Source: Candidatus Moraniibacteriota bacterium
Lineage (GTDB): Bacteria; Patescibacteriota; Minisyncoccia; Moranbacterales; GCA-2747515
DNA: 64,000 nucleotides
Direction: 5' to 3'
Assembly (NCBI GenBank): GCA_046116545.1
Contig: CP175956.1
Span: 577,734 to 641,733, forward strand
Position 1 is the stretch's first letter. Every line of letters starts with the position of its first letter. The notes beneath the pieces are model-generated. The model was not told where the DNA came from and searched no databases. It was given only the letters and a program-made list of their open reading frames with translations. Position numbers and translations under genes: made by a program. Below are positions 1-7,662 of this stretch, one piece after another.

Positions 1-507
1 CTTATTCTTTTTGCTATAATAATTGGGGGATTTTTTGTATTTTATGAAAAAAATAATTTAAATGATGGAATAGTAGTAGAAGCAGATAACGTGCCGTATC
101 AGGAATATAATAACAAATCACAAATAGCAGATATAAACAAAAGTAATACAAATATTTTAACAATAAATGAATCAGAAGAAATAATAAAATCATTTTTTCT
201 TTTTTTAGAAGAGCAAAATGGACTTCACGGTGATCCAGAATATTATAAAAACCTAGACTTATATATAGATGTTGATAAAAAAACAGATGATAATCTTAAA
301 GGAATGATTAAAATTAGTAACGTTGAACGACATAGTACCCCGTATTTTTTGGCTACAAAAATTGATGATGAATGGAAGTTTATTTTTCAAGGACAAGATA
401 TGCCAAGTTGTGATTTAGTGGATAAATATAACATTCCAACAAAATTATTTTGGCCAAATACAGATAATGCTTGTTTTATAACAAAAACAGAAGTTAGAAG
501 ACATTAA
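1..507 (+). CDS. 5-prime-truncated CDS; membrane-anchored hypothetical protein (ORF-track start 91 is an internal GTG)
   Basis: The frame of ORF 91..507 stays open back to position 1 and encodes a hydrophobic helix (LILFAIIIGGFFVFY) ahead of the soluble domain. No recognisable family. Confidence 0.4.
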   Translation, partial: LILFAIIIGGFFVFYEKNNLNDGIVVEADNVPYQEYNNKSQIADINKSNTNILTINESEEIIKSFFLFLEEQNGLHGDPEYYKNLDLYIDVDKKTDDNLKGMIKISNVERHSTPYFLATKIDDEWKFIFQGQDMPSCDLVDKYNIPTKLFWPNTDNACFITKTEVRRH

Positions 508-611
508 AGGGGGTGTTTTTATGAGTTAGTGAGATGAAATAAAAGCTTTTAGAGTAGATGTTTCACCACAAAAAGTTCGAACGTCATTACCTACTCGGCT
601 CATCGATAAAA

Positions 612-635
612 AGCCCCATTTAATGGGGCTTTTTG
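612..635 (+). terminator. Rho-independent terminator hairpin inside repeat A1 (agcccca-ttta-tggggct + T-run)
   Basis: Perfect 7-bp GC-rich stem followed by TTTTT. Also reads as a hairpin on the minus strand. Confidence 0.7.
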
Positions 636-675
636 AGTACCCACTATGACAGGATCGAACTATTTTGAATTTTGA

Positions 676-704
676 TTGACTTTTTGTATATTTTATGCTA
701 ATAT
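676..704 (+). promoter_or_regulatory. Sigma70-like promoter TTGACT-17nt-TAATAT driving helicase gene 770..3013
   Basis: -35 TTGACT (676-681), 17-nt spacer, -10 TAATAT (699-704). A GGAGG RBS lies at ~759 ahead of ATG 770. Confidence 0.65.
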
Positions 705-769
705 TTAACGTTAGTATTTTTAACAAAAGAATATAAATTTTTCAAGAATTTCATATACGGAGGAGTAAA

Positions 770-3013
770 ATGATTGAATTATATCCAGAATATCAGGCAC
801 CAGCCTTTAAAAAGCTGGTTAAGCATTTTGTAAAGAATGTAGTTGGTCTTATGGTTATGGCAACAGGTCTAGGAAAGACAATTGTTGCTGCATTTTGGGC
901 TAAACGTGAATACAAAAAAGGTCGAAAGGGACTTTTCTTGTGTCACGATACAGGCATTCTTGATCAAGCAATGGATGAGTTTCAAAAAGTATTTGGGAGA
1001 AAAGTATCTCTTAAAACATTTTTTGGAAGTGATAAAGATTGGGATGCTGATAAAGGCGATATCGTTTTTGCAACATTTCAAACTTTACGTGAATCAAATC
1101 CATTTTTTAAAGATGAATTTGATTTTATTATTGTTGATGAGTCACATCATGCTCAGGCAGATACGTACAAAAAAGTGATTGAATATTTCAATCCAAAAAA
1201 ACTCTTAGGTATTACTGCTACTCCCAATAGGGAAGATGAACAGGATATTAGAGAGATATTTGGTGATGAAGTTGTAAACATCCCTTTGGAAGAAGCAATG
1301 GCTAAAGGGTGGTTGTCACAAGTTGAATATCACATTCTCAATGACAATTTAAGTCATTGGAAACTTAAAAAGATTGTTAAAGAGGTGCTTGAAGAGGGAA
1401 GAAGAATCTCTCGGAAACAACTTAATGAAACAATTTTTGTTAAAGCTCGTGATGAAGTAACTGCTCAGACGATTCAGGAATATGCAATTGGTAACAAAAA
1501 GGCGATAATCTTTTGCGAGAGTATCCCTCACGCAGATAACTTTCAAAAGTTTTTACCAAATGCACAAGTGTATCATTCAGAGAAATCAGAAAAGTACAAT
1601 CATAAAGTACTTCAAGATTTCAGAGAAGGTAATATCCAATATATCCTTACAATCAATAAGATGAATGAGGGTATTCATGTTTCTGATGCTGAGATTATCG
1701 TATTTCTTAGATGTACAGATTCAAAAACAATATTTTTTCAACAATTGGGCAGAGGATTAGAGAAACCTTTGAACAAGAAAAAAGTTATCGTTTTAGACTT
1801 TGTCGCAAATTGCGATAGAGTTGCAATGATTAAGGAGTTTTCACGAGAGATTAAGAAACGTGCAGGAAACAACTTTGAACTTACGAAGGATGTCCTTCAC
1901 GTTACTGGTAAAGCTTTTGATTTCATCTTTAATGATGAGCAAATTGATATTTTGGAGGTGATAAGAAAGATAACGACCAAAATTTATGTTTCAGATATTC
2001 CGCACTTACTTGCTGAGTATTCACTAAAGAATGATTTACTAGCAGATCAAGTGATTGCTGGTACGAATAAAAAACTTTGGTGGGTATGCTCTGCGTGTAA
2101 GTATGAATGGCAAGCACCTGGGAATAACCGTGTTACAGGAATCGGTTGCCCAGCATGTTCTGGTAGAGTTGCTACCAGAACCAATAATATTACCGTTACT
2201 CATCCTGAACTTACAAAAGAATATTCATCAGAGAATGAGTTGCTTGCGGATCAAATAAAATCTGGATCAAGTAAGAAGGTTTCGTGGATTTGTTCGAAAT
2301 GTGAACATGAATGGCAAGCAGTAGTGAATAGTCGAACTAGTGGCTGTGGTTGCCCATCTTGTAGAGGGATGGTTGTTACAAAAGCAAACAATCTTGCAGT
2401 TACCCATCCTGATCTTGCAAAGGAATATTCACCAAAAAATAAGTTACCAGCAAATCAGGTAATTGCTGGTACTGGTAAAAAGCTTTGGTGGATTTGTTCG
2501 AAATGCGAACATGAATGGCAGACAACAGGAGATAGTCGTAGTAAGCAGGGAACAGGTTGTTTAGCGTGTTTAAGAAGAATAGCTACAAAAGCAAACAATC
2601 TTGCAGTTACACATCCTGATCTTGCAAAGGAGTATTCATCAAAAAATAAATCATCAGCTGATCATGTAATTTCTGGATCACACGCAAAGCTTTGGTGGAT
2701 TTGTTCGAAATGTGAACATGAATGGCAAGCACCCGTAAGGAGACGTGCGGGAGGATCTGGTTGTCCTGCTTGTGCTAATCAAGTTGTAACAGATAAAAAC
2801 AATCTTACGGTCACCCATCCTAATCTTGCAAAGGAATATTCACCAAAAAATAAGTTACCAGCAAATCAGGTAATTGCTGGCACTGGTAAAAAGCTTTGGT
2901 GGATTTGTTCGAAATGCGAACATGAATGGCAAGCGACTGGAGCAAATCGAAGAACTGGTAGAGGATGTCCAGAATGTAAACGATGCAATAGCAGAAAAAA
3001 GAAGAAATCTTGA
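770..3013 (+). CDS. SF2 DEAD/DEAH-type helicase (type III restriction res-subunit-like ATPase core) with 5 C-terminal tandem zinc-ribbon-like repeats
   Basis: Walker A MATGLGKTIVAAF, DExH IIVDESHH, motif III GITATP and motif VI QQLGRGLE. The C-terminus carries 5 x ~68-aa units W-[WI]-C-S-x-C-E/K-H/Y-E-W-Q ... G-C-P-x-C. Confidence 0.75.
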   Translation: MIELYPEYQAPAFKKLVKHFVKNVVGLMVMATGLGKTIVAAFWAKREYKKGRKGLFLCHDTGILDQAMDEFQKVFGRKVSLKTFFGSDKDWDADKGDIVFATFQTLRESNPFFKDEFDFIIVDESHHAQADTYKKVIEYFNPKKLLGITATPNREDEQDIREIFGDEVVNIPLEEAMAKGWLSQVEYHILNDNLSHWKLKKIVKEVLEEGRRISRKQLNETIFVKARDEVTAQTIQEYAIGNKKAIIFCESIPHADNFQKFLPNAQVYHSEKSEKYNHKVLQDFREGNIQYILTINKMNEGIHVSDAEIIVFLRCTDSKTIFFQQLGRGLEKPLNKKKVIVLDFVANCDRVAMIKEFSREIKKRAGNNFELTKDVLHVTGKAFDFIFNDEQIDILEVIRKITTKIYVSDIPHLLAEYSLKNDLLADQVIAGTNKKLWWVCSACKYEWQAPGNNRVTGIGCPACSGRVATRTNNITVTHPELTKEYSSENELLADQIKSGSSKKVSWICSKCEHEWQAVVNSRTSGCGCPSCRGMVVTKANNLAVTHPDLAKEYSPKNKLPANQVIAGTGKKLWWICSKCEHEWQTTGDSRSKQGTGCLACLRRIATKANNLAVTHPDLAKEYSSKNKSSADHVISGSHAKLWWICSKCEHEWQAPVRRRAGGSGCPACANQVVTDKNNLTVTHPNLAKEYSPKNKLPANQVIAGTGKKLWWICSKCEHEWQATGANRRTGRGCPECKRCNSRKKKKS
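1990..3000 (+). repeat. In-frame tandem repeat array, 5 copies of ~204-207 bp (zinc-ribbon-like module) inside helicase 1
   Basis: THP[DE]LAKEYS...KLWWICSKCEHEWQ...GCPAC repeated. Copies starting ~2405 and ~2816 are almost identical at the DNA level. Confidence 0.85.
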
Positions 3014-3030
3014 AAAGGAGGAACATAAAG

Positions 3031-3068
3031 CCTCACCAATCATAACAATGATTGGTGAGGTTTTTTTT
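3031..3068 (+). terminator. Rho-independent terminator after helicase 1 (cctcaccaat ... attggtgagg + T8)
   Basis: 10-bp perfect stem followed by TTTTTTTT. Preceded by the conserved 3-prime flank AAGGAGGAACATAAA that is also found after helicase 2. Confidence 0.8.
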
Positions 3069-3074
3069 ATTATA

Positions 3075-3230
3075 TTTTAAGTGATTTTGTAGCAATAATG
3101 TAAGCTTTTAGCGAAGAATGAGCAATGCAAAAAGTTCGAACGTCATTACCTACTCGGCTCATCGATAAAGAGCTCCATTTAATGGAGTTTTTGTATGTTC
3201 CGCTATGGTATGGTTGAACTTTGAATTTGA
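3075..3230 (+). repeat. Family-A intergenic repeat, copy A2
   Basis: ...gtaagcttttagcgaagaatgagcaatgcaaaaaGTTCGAACGtcattacctactcggctcatcgataaagagctccatttaatggag...tggttgaactttgaatttgatcac. The internal hairpin is degenerate (agctccattt/aatggagtt). Confidence 0.8.
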
Positions 3231-3611
3231 TCACATTTTTAAATCAGTTGGTTTTACGTTGCAGTTTCTTTTTTTGTAATCTTTTATTAGTTGGGAGATG
3301 TGTTTTTTCATTTTTTTTAAAGTGATAATTTTTTCTTCAATGTCTTCTAAGTTGTTTTCTAGATAAGGCAGTAAGGATTGATGCTTGCACTTTGATGTAT
3401 TTAATTGTGTTGCCATTTCTTTTATCTCATTTAGAGAAAACCCGATTTTTTTTGCTTTCTTAATAAATAAGATAGCCTCTACATCAGCAGTGGAATAAAT
3501 TTTATAATTATTTGTACTATTTATAGTAGGCTTAACTAAATCGAGGTCGTTGTAGTGGCGAAGAGCGTCTTTGGTTATGTTCGTTTTTTGGAGCAAATCT
3601 TTTGTATACAT
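3231..3611 (-). CDS. MerR-family transcriptional regulator (CueR-like)
   Basis: N-terminal MerR HTH (MYTKDLLQKTNITKDALRHYNDLDLVKP...) with a coiled-coil C-terminus. Divergent from a MerR-type promoter with a 19-20 bp spacer. Confidence 0.8.
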   Translation of the reverse strand: MYTKDLLQKTNITKDALRHYNDLDLVKPTINSTNNYKIYSTADVEAILFIKKAKKIGFSLNEIKEMATQLNTSKCKHQSLLPYLENNLEDIEEKIITLKKMKKHISQLIKDYKKRNCNVKPTDLKM

Positions 3612-3617
3612 AAATAC

Positions 3618-3649
3618 TTGACAGTGGGGTTAACCCCATGGTTTATAAT
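3618..3649 (+). promoter_or_regulatory. MerR-type promoter/operator: TTGACA - 19/20-bp spacer containing palindrome TGGGGTTAACCCCA - TATAAT
   Basis: -35 TTGACA 3618-3623 and -10 TATAAT 3644-3649. The over-long spacer with a perfect dyad is the hallmark of MerR/CueR-activated promoters. It sits between the divergent merR-like gene and the HMA/copA genes. Confidence 0.8.
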
Positions 3650-3678
3650 GAAGTTAGTTTAGCATAATTATAAATAAT

Positions 3679-5049
3679 ATGACAGCAAAAAAGAATAAGT
3701 CACAAGAAAGAAAATTTTATATTAGTGGAATGCATTGTGCTTCTTGTAAAGGAATTGTAGAAGATCGTCTTCAAGAACAAAAAGAAGTACAAAGTGCAGA
3801 TGTTGATTTGAAAAAGGGAACAGTTGAAATTGTGTTTGAAAGTAGAGTATTAGAAGTAGATGAAATTACAAAAAAGTTTGAGGATGTAGGGTATTTTTTT
3901 TCAGAGCAACCTTTTAAGAAAAAAGCATATAAAAAGGTTGGGTTGGTCTTGCTTGTGGCTTTGATGGTAAGCTTTGTATTGATACAAAATGAACAGTTCA
4001 TGTTGTTTAGTGGAACAAATGTTGATGAAAATTCATCATTGATGGCATTTGTTGTGTTGGGGATAGTGGCTAGTTTATCTAGTTGTGTAGCCTTGGTGGG
4101 AGGAATCTTATTAGCTATGACAAAAAGTTGGACAAAGACAGTAGGCAAAGAAGCTTCACTTTCAAAAAAAATGGAACCACATATGAAATTTCATATTGGA
4201 AGGTTGGTGGCTTATTTTATAGGTGGTGGAATTTTGGGCTCTATCGGAAGTTTTATAACATTTGATAATCCAAGTGTGTATGCAGTACTTACTGCTTTAG
4301 TTGCAATTATAATGTTGTTGGTAGGATTGCAAATGTTAGGTGTAAAATGGGTTTTGAGAATGTATGTTTTTGCGTATGACAATACACTGAAAAAAATTCA
4401 TATTAATGATAACGTGAAAAATAAATCACCCTTTATTGCAGGTGCGGCAACATTTTTTATTCCTTGTGGATTTACCTTGATTGCACAAGGAGTGGCATTG
4501 ACTGCGGGCAGTTTTATGTCAGGAGCCGCAATTATGTCAGCATTTGCAATTGGAACATTACCAGTATTAATAGGTGTGAGCTTAGGAGGTGCTACTATGA
4601 TTGGCAAAAAAGGATTTGAAGTAATTTTTAATACTATAATAGGAACGATTATAATAATATTTGCAATTTATATATTAAATGGTCAATTTAATGTTTTGGG
4701 ATTACCTAGCTTAAATGATATTAGCTTTGAAAAAACAGGAGCTGTTGAGCAAATTGAAAATAGTAAAACTAACCAAAAGAATACTCAGGAGTTAAATATT
4801 GTAGCAGATGGTTTTGAATATGTAGTTTTGGGATCAAAAATACTGAAGGCAGGCGTGCCAACAACCATTATTGTGGATAATCAGGGTATTGTGGGATGTG
4901 GTGTTTTTATGGCAGCTAGAGGTTTGTTTGAGGGCATGATTGAATTAAAGCCAGGCATTAATAAAAAAGAATTTATACCAGAGGCGGGAACGTATAAATT
5001 AACATGTACTATGGGAATGGTTGCACCAGTTACAATTATTGTTAAATAA
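3679..5049 (+). CDS. Heavy-metal-associated (HMA) domain fused to a polytopic membrane domain and a C-terminal beta-rich (cupredoxin-like?) domain; copper-handling accessory protein
   Basis: N-terminal GMHCASCKG HMA motif, ~8 predicted TM helices (FFIPCGF segment) and a C-terminal soluble domain with a TCTMGM motif. Immediately upstream of copA. Confidence 0.55.
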   Translation: MTAKKNKSQERKFYISGMHCASCKGIVEDRLQEQKEVQSADVDLKKGTVEIVFESRVLEVDEITKKFEDVGYFFSEQPFKKKAYKKVGLVLLVALMVSFVLIQNEQFMLFSGTNVDENSSLMAFVVLGIVASLSSCVALVGGILLAMTKSWTKTVGKEASLSKKMEPHMKFHIGRLVAYFIGGGILGSIGSFITFDNPSVYAVLTALVAIIMLLVGLQMLGVKWVLRMYVFAYDNTLKKIHINDNVKNKSPFIAGAATFFIPCGFTLIAQGVALTAGSFMSGAAIMSAFAIGTLPVLIGVSLGGATMIGKKGFEVIFNTIIGTIIIIFAIYILNGQFNVLGLPSLNDISFEKTGAVEQIENSKTNQKNTQELNIVADGFEYVVLGSKILKAGVPTTIIVDNQGIVGCGVFMAARGLFEGMIELKPGINKKEFIPEAGTYKLTCTMGMVAPVTIIVK

Positions 5050-5056
5050 TAAAATT

Positions 5057-7345
5057 ATGATTACACAAAAATATTATGTTTCAGGAATGCATTGTGCTTC
5101 TTGTAAGGTGAATATAGAAAATGAGTTAAAGAAAAATGAATTAATTGAGGAAGCTTCCGTGAATTATAGTGCTGAAACAATGCAAGTTACATTTAATGAA
5201 AAAGAATTAAGTGATGGTGATATTCAAAAATTAGTTAGAGGCATTGGTGATTATGATACGCGTCCAGATAATGATGGGGGGCGAAGTAAACATCAGAAAG
5301 AGAAAAATGAAAATTTAAGTAAGATGAAGCGAAATTTAATATATGTATCAATTGCTGCAGCACCTTTTATCATGAGTATGGCATTCATGCTAATAAATGG
5401 AATATTTGATTTAAATATTTTGGGTGGTTTTTCAACAAGGTTAGATAGTATAATGCTTTTTGGAATATCAGTTGTGAGTATAGCTCAAATTGTATTAGCT
5501 GGATTTGTTCTGTTTGTTGGCGGAAGATTATTTTTTGTTAATGCATTTGCAGCGATAAAAAAAGGTTCAAGTAATATGGATACATTGGTAGTGCTAGGTG
5601 CAACTACTGCTTGGATTTATTCTACGATTGTTACGATATTTTTTGCAGGCAGTGAACAGGAGTTTGTTGTGTTTTTTGAGGCATCTGTGTTTATTATATT
5701 TTTTATTTTAGTAGGTAGATATTTTGAAGAAAAAGCTAGGACAGCGACACAAAAAAGTGTGGAAAGTTTATATGCAATACAATCAAAAGTAGCTGTTGTT
5801 TTGCGGGATTTGAAAAAGGTAGAGATTGCAATTAAGAACGTTGTAAAAAAAGACAATGTTGTCGTTATGCCGGGACAAAAAATTCCTGTAGATGGAGTTA
5901 TAATTGAAGGTAAAACAGCAATTGATGAGTCAATGATCTCTGGAGAAGCTTTTCCGGTGGATAAAAAAGAAGGTGATGCTGTCATAGGTGGCACACTTAA
6001 TACAACGGGTTATATTGTTTTTGAAGCAACTAAGGTTGGTAAGGATACAATGCTTTCACAAATTATTAAAATGGTTGAAGAAGCTCAGGGGAGTAGTGTG
6101 CCAATTCAAAAACTTGCAGACAAAATTTCAAGTATTTTTGTACCCATTGTAATAATTATTGCTGTAGGCACATTTATCTTTTGGTATTTTGTTGCGCCAA
6201 ATATGAACTTGATAGAGGCTTCACAAGCATTGCCATTTGCGGTATATGTGACAATTTCTGTTTTGGTCATAGCATGTCCATGTGCGCTTGGACTTGCAAC
6301 GCCAACTGCGATAATTGTATCGGTAGGACATGCAGCCAGAAAGGGAATTTTAATTAAAAATGCACAAATTATTGAAAATGCATTCAAGATTAAAAATATA
6401 GTTTTTGATAAAACAGGAACAATTACGCAAGGTAAACCAGCTGTAACAGATTCTGTTTATTTTGACGATGAAAAAAAATACGCAAATTATGTGTATGCTT
6501 TGGAAAATAAAACAGAGCATCCTGTGGCTAAGGCGATAATAAATTTTTTGGAAGTTAGTGAAAATAATTTAAGTGAAGAAAAGGTTGAGGATTTTCATAA
6601 TTTAGAAGGCGTAGGCGTGAGAGGTATTATTGACGGAGAAAAAGTCATGATGGTGAAAATGAGTTCTGTTAAAGAATATGCAAAACTGACTTTGGAACAA
6701 AAAAATGTTACAAACAGTTTTCTTGAAAAAAAATATACAATATCAGTGTTTATAGTTGGAGATTCAATAAAGGCAATTTTTGCAGTAACAGATCCAATAA
6801 AAGAAACTAGTTACAAGGCAATTAGTGCATTGAAAGAAAAAGGAATTAAAACAACTATGGTAACAGGTGATAATGAGAATATTGCACAGTGGGTTGCTTC
6901 TAGTGTTGGAATAGATAATGTAGTAAGTGATGCAGTGCCGCTAGACAAAGATAGAATCGTGCAAAAAATTAAAAAGGAATCAAAAGAAGGTGAATTAATT
7001 GCAGTTGCGGGTGATGGTGTGAATGATGCACCAGCGCTGGCTAGAGCTGATATTGGAATTGCGATGGGTACAGGTTCAGACGTTGCGATTGAATCAGGAG
7101 ATATTGTAATTGTTAAGGGATCATTGCAAAAGATTGTTGATGCAATAAATTTATCTAAAAAAACAATGCACATAATAAAACAAAATCTTTTTTGGGCGTT
7201 TGGATATAATGTTCTAGCTATTCCGATTGCAATGGGGTTCTTGTATCCATTTTTTGGTGTAGTTTTGTCACCGACTATTGCAAGCGCTGCAATGGCACTT
7301 AGTTCCATAAGCGTTGTTTTAAATAGTTTGCGTTTGAGGCGATAA
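5057..7345 (+). CDS. copA: Copper-translocating P1B-type ATPase
   Basis: N-terminal HMA GMHCASCK, TM CPC motif (ACPCALGLATP), phosphorylation site DKTGTIT and GDGVNDAPAL. The start moves to ATG 5057 (after the upstream stop 5047-5049) rather than ORF-track 5021. Confidence 0.9.
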   Translation: MITQKYYVSGMHCASCKVNIENELKKNELIEEASVNYSAETMQVTFNEKELSDGDIQKLVRGIGDYDTRPDNDGGRSKHQKEKNENLSKMKRNLIYVSIAAAPFIMSMAFMLINGIFDLNILGGFSTRLDSIMLFGISVVSIAQIVLAGFVLFVGGRLFFVNAFAAIKKGSSNMDTLVVLGATTAWIYSTIVTIFFAGSEQEFVVFFEASVFIIFFILVGRYFEEKARTATQKSVESLYAIQSKVAVVLRDLKKVEIAIKNVVKKDNVVVMPGQKIPVDGVIIEGKTAIDESMISGEAFPVDKKEGDAVIGGTLNTTGYIVFEATKVGKDTMLSQIIKMVEEAQGSSVPIQKLADKISSIFVPIVIIIAVGTFIFWYFVAPNMNLIEASQALPFAVYVTISVLVIACPCALGLATPTAIIVSVGHAARKGILIKNAQIIENAFKIKNIVFDKTGTITQGKPAVTDSVYFDDEKKYANYVYALENKTEHPVAKAIINFLEVSENNLSEEKVEDFHNLEGVGVRGIIDGEKVMMVKMSSVKEYAKLTLEQKNVTNSFLEKKYTISVFIVGDSIKAIFAVTDPIKETSYKAISALKEKGIKTTMVTGDNENIAQWVASSVGIDNVVSDAVPLDKDRIVQKIKKESKEGELIAVAGDGVNDAPALARADIGIAMGTGSDVAIESGDIVIVKGSLQKIVDAINLSKKTMHIIKQNLFWAFGYNVLAIPIAMGFLYPFFGVVLSPTIASAAMALSSISVVLNSLRLRR

Positions 7346-7423
7346 ATTTTAAATTATGTAAATTTAAGTTTTTTCTGTTAACAATATTGCATATGTGTTA
7401 ATGACATCATTTACTATTATTTT

Positions 7424-7600
7424 GTAAAACTAAAGGTTTTCAGTGAAGAACTAGTGGTATAAAAAGTTCGAATGTCAGTAACTATTCAGCTCATCGATAA
7501 AAAGCCCCATTTAAGGGGGCTTTTTGAGTACCCACTATGCAAGGATCAAACTATTTTGTATTTCGATTGACTTTTTATGTATTTTATGCTAATATTTAAT
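7424..7600 (+). repeat. Family-A intergenic repeat, copy A3 (full length with outward promoter)
   Basis: ~90% identical to A1 across the GTTCGAAT...terminator hairpin (aagcccca-ttta-agggggct)...GGATCAAACT...TTGACT...TAATAT module. Confidence 0.85.
7567..7595 (+). promoter_or_regulatory. Sigma70-like promoter TTGACT-17nt-TAATAT driving helicase gene 7663..9618
   Basis: Same promoter module as 676-704. Downstream RBS GAAGGAGA at 7651-7658. Confidence 0.65.
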
Positions 7601-7662
7601 GTTTGTTGACTTAATAATTGAAGATAATAAAATACGTTTCTCATAAAAGGGAAGGAGATAAT

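Larger units (their letters stand above)
518..710 (+). repeat. Family-A intergenic repeat, copy A1 (full length with outward promoter)
   Basis: Shares ...gcttttag.gaagaatg...AAAAGTTCGAACGTCATTACCTACTCGGCTCATCGATAAA-[GC hairpin]-TTTTTGAGTACCCACTATGACAGGATCGAACTATTTTG... with copies at 3075, 7424, 9672, 12005 and 13329. The ends are imperfect inverted repeats (GTTCGAAC ... revcomp GTTCGATCC). Confidence 0.85.

Noticed and set aside
571-664. tRNA or tRNA-fragment origin of the repeat ends (GGTTCGAAC resembles a T-loop GGTTCGAATCC)
   Set aside because: No acceptor/anticodon arms or cloverleaf can be drawn. The motif is part of a perfect palindrome GTTCGAAC instead. No intact tRNA gene was found anywhere in the window.
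1990-3000. Regular ~205-bp tandem repeats that could be mistaken for a CRISPR-like array
   Set aside because: Repeat units are in frame within a long ORF, encode a conserved Cys/Trp protein module, and have no short conserved repeat/spacer structure. No cas genes nearby.
5617-5994. Antisense ORFs inside copA and other long genes (e.g. 5617..5994, 6811..7308, 26126..26677, 33554..34159, 44376..44747)
   Set aside because: They are fully embedded opposite well-supported genes, low-complexity, and without RBS. Typical shadow ORFs of AT-rich DNA.
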